A stretch of DNA of 64,000 nt from Anaerolineales bacterium (GTDB taxonomy: Bacteria; Chloroflexota; Anaerolineae; Anaerolineales; E44-bin32). Of this stretch, positions 60,648 to 64,000 are shown in pieces. The stretch spans positions 6,035 to 70,034 of the forward strand of contig DATIFK010000012.1 of the NCBI GenBank assembly GCA_035455265.1, read 5' to 3'. Within the stretch, counting starts at the first letter, position 1, and every line of letters starts with the position of its first letter. The notes under the pieces are model-generated. The model saw only the letters and a program-made list of their open reading frames with translations. It was not told the DNA's origin and searched no databases. The translations under genes and the position numbers were made by a program.

Positions 60648-62676
60648 CGTAACCACATCCACCCATACGCTCATCCTGATGCCCTCCGGCCGGCGAGGTT
60701 CGGTCGCGCATAGCGCCAACTTGCTCGATGCCGCTCGTCAGCTCGGCGTCGAGATCGAGTCGATTTGCGGTGGGCGCCAGACCTGCGGCAAATGCCAGGT
60801 CGTCGTCGAGTCGGGAGCGTTCGCCAAGCACGGGATCACTTCCGATGACGGCCGCCTTTCCCCCGTTGGGCAGGTCGAGGCCGAGTACTGCGACGCCCAC
60901 GGGATTCGCGGCCGCCGGCTGGCCTGCGCCGCAAAGGTCGTCGGCGACGTTCTGATTGTCGTGCCGGAGGAAAGTCAGGCGCACAAGCAGGTCATCGCCA
61001 AGGCCGCCGTCGAACGGGCGGTCGAGGTCGATCCGGCCGTGCGCGCCGTGTACGTCGAAGTCGAGGCGGCGAATCTGGGATCGCACGGCGGCGACTGGGA
61101 GCGCCTGCAGGCGGCGCTTGCCGACCAGTGGAAGCTGCACGATCTGACGATCGATCCGCTGACCCTGCGGCAGCTGCAGCCGGCGTTGCAGGCGGGAGGC
61201 CATACGTTGACGGTCGGCCTGTGGCAGGACCGCGAGGTGATCCGCGTGCAGCCGGGCTACGCCGAAGGCGCCTGCGGCCTGGCGATCGACGTCGGAACAA
61301 CGACGATCGTCGCTCACCTGTGCGATCTGCGCACGGGCGCTCTGCTGGCGACCGAAGCGACGATGAATCCTCAGGTCCGCTACGGCGAGGACCTGATGAG
61401 CCGGGTCAGCTATGCCATGACGGAGCCGCAAGGTGTCGATCGCCTGCACCGGGCCGTCGTGCGCGCCCTGAACGAACTGGCCGAGCGCGCCGCGGCCTCG
61501 GCCGGGCGCTCGCTGGACGACATCCTCGACGCGGTCGTCGTGGGCAATCCGGTGATGCACCACCTGGTGCTGGGCCTCGATCCGAGCGGGCTGGGTGGGG
61601 CACCGTTCGCGTTGGCCGTCAGCGCGGCGGTGGACATCAAAGCCCGTGACCTCGGCTTTCACCTGAACCCGGCTGCTCGCGTGCACACCCTGCCGTGCAT
61701 CGCCGGTCATGTCGGCGCCGATCACGTCGCCGTCCTCTTGGCCGAGTCGCCGCAGACGTCGGAAGAAACGCTGCTGATCGTCGACGTCGGCACCAACGCC
61801 GAGATTTCCGTCGGGGACCGGAAGGGCCTGGCGTGCGCCTCGAGCCCCACCGGTCCGGCTTTCGAAGGCGCCCAGATCAGCCACGGCCAACGGGCCGCCG
61901 CCGGGGCGATCGAACGCGTGCGGATCGACCCGGCGACGCTCGAGCCCAGGCTGAAAGTCATCGGCCACGAGGGCTGGATCGACGGCCAGGCGGAACGCCC
62001 GCTTCCGTCTCCAGCCCGCGCCACGGGCATCTGCGGCAGCGGCATCATCGAGGCGGTGGCCGAGATGTTCCTGGCGGGCGTGATAGACTCCGGCGGCCGG
62101 TTCGCGGACGACGCGGCGGAACGTTCTGCCCGGGTGAGGCGGGAAGGGCGCAGCGCCGCGTATGTCTTGGTGACCGCCGCCGACAGCGCCACCGGCCACG
62201 ACATCGTCGTCAGCCAGAACGACGTTCGCGCCATCCAGCTGGCCAAGGCCGCTCTGTACACCGGAGCCAAGCTGCTGCTGCGCCATCGCCGCCAGCCGTC
62301 CGTCGATCGCGTGTTGCTGGCGGGCGCCTTCGGAAACACGATCGACCCGCGCTACGCCATGGTCCTGGGTCTCATTCCGGATGCGCCGCTGGACCGTGTC
62401 CTGGCCGTGGGCAACGCCGCCGGCGACGGAGCCCGCCTGGCCCTGTTGAATCGGGGGCTGCGGGCCGAAGCGGCGCGGCTGGCGGGTTGGGTGGAGCACG
62501 TTCAGATCGCCACCGACCCGGAGTTCCAGCCGGAATTCGTCGCCGCCATGGGTCTGCCGCATGCGACCGATCCGTTCCCTCACCTGGCCGATATCCTCCC
62601 GTCGCCGTCGCCGGACGCGGTCCGCCCCAGCCAGCGGCGGAAAGCGGTGGTCACGGGAGCTTCGAGGAGCGCATGA
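60637..62676 (+). CDS. corrinoid reductive activase (RamA/RACE-like): 2Fe-2S ferredoxin domain plus ASKHA ATPase domain
   Basis: N-terminal plant-type ferredoxin motif CGGRQTCGKCQV...C. ASKHA phosphate motifs AIDVGTTT and IVDVGTNAE. 679 aa. Confidence 0.85.
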   Translation: MADPVTTSTHTLILMPSGRRGSVAHSANLLDAARQLGVEIESICGGRQTCGKCQVVVESGAFAKHGITSDDGRLSPVGQVEAEYCDAHGIRGRRLACAAKVVGDVLIVVPEESQAHKQVIAKAAVERAVEVDPAVRAVYVEVEAANLGSHGGDWERLQAALADQWKLHDLTIDPLTLRQLQPALQAGGHTLTVGLWQDREVIRVQPGYAEGACGLAIDVGTTTIVAHLCDLRTGALLATEATMNPQVRYGEDLMSRVSYAMTEPQGVDRLHRAVVRALNELAERAAASAGRSLDDILDAVVVGNPVMHHLVLGLDPSGLGGAPFALAVSAAVDIKARDLGFHLNPAARVHTLPCIAGHVGADHVAVLLAESPQTSEETLLIVDVGTNAEISVGDRKGLACASSPTGPAFEGAQISHGQRAAAGAIERVRIDPATLEPRLKVIGHEGWIDGQAERPLPSPARATGICGSGIIEAVAEMFLAGVIDSGGRFADDAAERSARVRREGRSAAYVLVTAADSATGHDIVVSQNDVRAIQLAKAALYTGAKLLLRHRRQPSVDRVLLAGAFGNTIDPRYAMVLGLIPDAPLDRVLAVGNAAGDGARLALLNRGLRAEAARLAGWVEHVQIATDPEFQPEFVAAMGLPHATDPFPHLADILPSPSPDAVRPSQRRKAVVTGASRSA

Positions 62677-63365
62677 GCGAAGACGTTGATCTGACGAAGA
62701 TGGAAACCGAGCCTCTGGTCGAACGCATCCAGGACGACCTGTACGACGGCCTGGCGGAACCGGTCGTGGCCGGCGTGAAGGAGCTCCTGCGGCGCGGCTG
62801 GATGCCCTACGAGGTGTTGACCAAGGCGCTTGTGGCCGGCATGGATGTCGTCGGCGATGACTTCCGCGACGGGATCCTGTTCGTGCCGGAAGTGCTGATG
62901 GCCGCCAAATCGATGAAGGCCGGTATGGAGATCCTTCGCCCGCTGCTGGTCGAGACCGGCGCGCCGCAGATTGGGACGATGGTCATCGGCACGGTCAAGG
63001 GTGACATCCACGACATCGGCAAGAACCTGGTGGCGATGATGATGGAGGGGGCCGGTTTCAAGGTCGTCAATCTGGGGATCAACGTCGACGCCGACAAGTT
63101 CCTGGCTGCCATTCATGAGCACAAGCCCGACATTCTCGGCATGAGCGCCCTGCTGACGACGACCATGCCCTACATGGGTGTCGTGATCAAGACCCTCAAG
63201 GAAACCGGGATCCGTCCGGAGTTGATCGTGCTCGTCGGTGGAGCGCCGCTGAACGCCGCGTTCGCCGAAGAGATCGAGGCCGATGCCTACTGCCGCGACG
63301 CGGCCGTGGCTGTGCAAACCGCCAAGAAGCTGGTGGCGATCAAACGCGGCGAGGCGGTCGGATGA
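62673..63365 (+). CDS. cobalamin-binding corrinoid protein
   Basis: ATGA overlap with the activase gene. B12-binding motifs GDIHDIGK, SALLTTT and GGAPLN, with an N-terminal helical cap. Confidence 0.9.
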   Translation: MSEDVDLTKMETEPLVERIQDDLYDGLAEPVVAGVKELLRRGWMPYEVLTKALVAGMDVVGDDFRDGILFVPEVLMAAKSMKAGMEILRPLLVETGAPQIGTMVIGTVKGDIHDIGKNLVAMMMEGAGFKVVNLGINVDADKFLAAIHEHKPDILGMSALLTTTMPYMGVVIKTLKETGIRPELIVLVGGAPLNAAFAEEIEADAYCRDAAVAVQTAKKLVAIKRGEAVG

Positions 63366-63524
63366 CCCCAATGCTTTCCACGGTCCGCACAAGGGAGGCA
63401 TTGGGGTGACCCCATCCCTTTCACCAGCCCGCACACCGCCTCGGTGCACCGAAACGGGTGGAAAGGAGGCGTTGGGGTGACCCCAACGCTTTCACCAGCC
63501 CGCACAAAGGAGGCGTTGGGGTGA
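63366..63524 (+). repeat. three tandem copies of a 44-71-bp unit (CCCCAAYGC...AAGGAGGCRTTGGGGTGA), each carrying an SD, a start and a stop
   Basis: Units at 63366-63409, 63410-63480 (with a ~27-nt insertion) and 63481-63524. Units 1 and 3 contain a perfect 9-bp inverted repeat CCCCAAYGC/GCRTTGGGG; in unit 2 the left arm is degenerate (CCCCATCCC). The last unit supplies the RBS and GTG of the downstream gene. Confidence 0.9.
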
Positions 63525-64000
63525 CCCACGATCGCTGGGCGAAGCTTCTGGCACGCCCCGGCGTTGTGCTGGCCGACGGCGCCATGGGGACGATGCTCTT
63601 CGACGCCGGCCTGCAGTTCGGCGATCCGCCCGAGCGCTGGAATGTCGAGTATCCCGATCGGGTGCGCGCCATCCACCGCGGCTACCTGGAAGCCGGGGCG
63701 CGCCTGATCCTGACCAACACCTTCGGCGGGAACGGCTTCCGTCTCGGACTGCACGGGCTGGAAGGCCGCGTGGCCGAGCTCAGCATGGCCGGGGCGCTGA
63801 TCGCTCGCGCCGAAGTGGATGCCTCCGGAAACGGAGCGCTCGTCGCCGGCGACATCGGACCCAGCGGGACGATCCTCGCGCCGCTGGGGGAGACCTTGTT
63901 CGAGGACGCCGCCGCGGCGTTTGCCGAGCAAGCCAGGGCACTGGTCAAGGGCGGCGTCGATGTCCTGTGGATTGAGACGATGTCGGACTTGGAGGAAATG
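63521..64000 (+). CDS. homocysteine S-methyltransferase-domain protein (MetH N-terminal-like), 5' partial, runs off the window
   Basis: My own translation from GTG 63521: VTHDRWAKLLARPGVVLADGAMGTMLFDAGL...YLEAGARLILTNTFGGN...GDIGPSG, which are hallmark Hcy-binding domain blocks. Absent from the ORF track because there is no stop within the window. AAGGAGG lies 8 nt upstream. Confidence 0.8.
   Translation, partial: MTHDRWAKLLARPGVVLADGAMGTMLFDAGLQFGDPPERWNVEYPDRVRAIHRGYLEAGARLILTNTFGGNGFRLGLHGLEGRVAELSMAGALIARAEVDASGNGALVAGDIGPSGTILAPLGETLFEDAAAAFAEQARALVKGGVDVLWIETMSDLEEM

Noticed and set aside
1-64000. tRNA, rRNA, tmRNA, RNase P RNA, transposases, integrases and prophage genes.
   Set aside because: No T-loop/anticodon-stem cloverleaf candidates, no rRNA-like conserved blocks and no recognisable transposase, integrase or phage structural motifs were seen in any credible ORF. 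The absence is based on visual inspection only.

Overview
GC-rich bacterial chromosomal window (about two-thirds G+C by eye, not computed). It is densely coding on both strands, and I call 68 CDS. I recognised no rRNA, tRNA, CRISPR array, transposase or integrase. Many long ORFs in the track are alternate-frame or antisense artefacts of the high GC content (Arg/Pro/Gly/Ala-rich) and were discarded. Housekeeping content includes pdxS-pdxT, tmk, dnaN (orphan), nth, pcm, panE, cstA, a carotenoid synthase/desaturase pair, two ABC transporters and several regulators (2 GntR, Crp/Fnr, ArsR, GAF histidine kinase). Main points of interest: (1) At 10.3-13.3 kb there is a compact five-gene cassette: two translationally coupled, cysteine-free ArsA/Get3-type ATPases flanked by three paralogous ~90-aa proteins sharing an invariant PILPPYYxLRLLP...W(K/R)RR(L/M)LRE motif. 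Its function is unknown, and this is my best candidate for an undescribed system. (2) At 57.3-64.0 kb there is a corrinoid methyl-transfer operon: GntR/HutC regulator, non-Pyl MttB-family methyltransferase, DMT transporter, RamA-like activase, corrinoid protein and a homocysteine-methyltransferase-domain protein. A second orphan MttB plus corrinoid pair lies at 0.65-2.85 kb. (3) At 63362-63524 a triplicated ribosome-binding-site/start unit forms a ladder of three overlapping mini-ORFs between the corrinoid protein and the homocysteine methyltransferase gene. (4) Heptanucleotide (STRR-like, CAGT-core) tandem repeats occupy roughly 18 intergenic regions, mostly as inverted pairs, and include a 14-unit phase-perfect array. 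(5) There are two further palindromic repeat families, plus a perfect 14-bp palindrome GTTTCACGTGAAAC that occurs twice and brackets a 3.5-kb protease/ABC-2 cassette. Taxonomy is unresolved: the gene content and repeat style suggest a GC-rich Chloroflexota-like or similar environmental bacterium, at low confidence.
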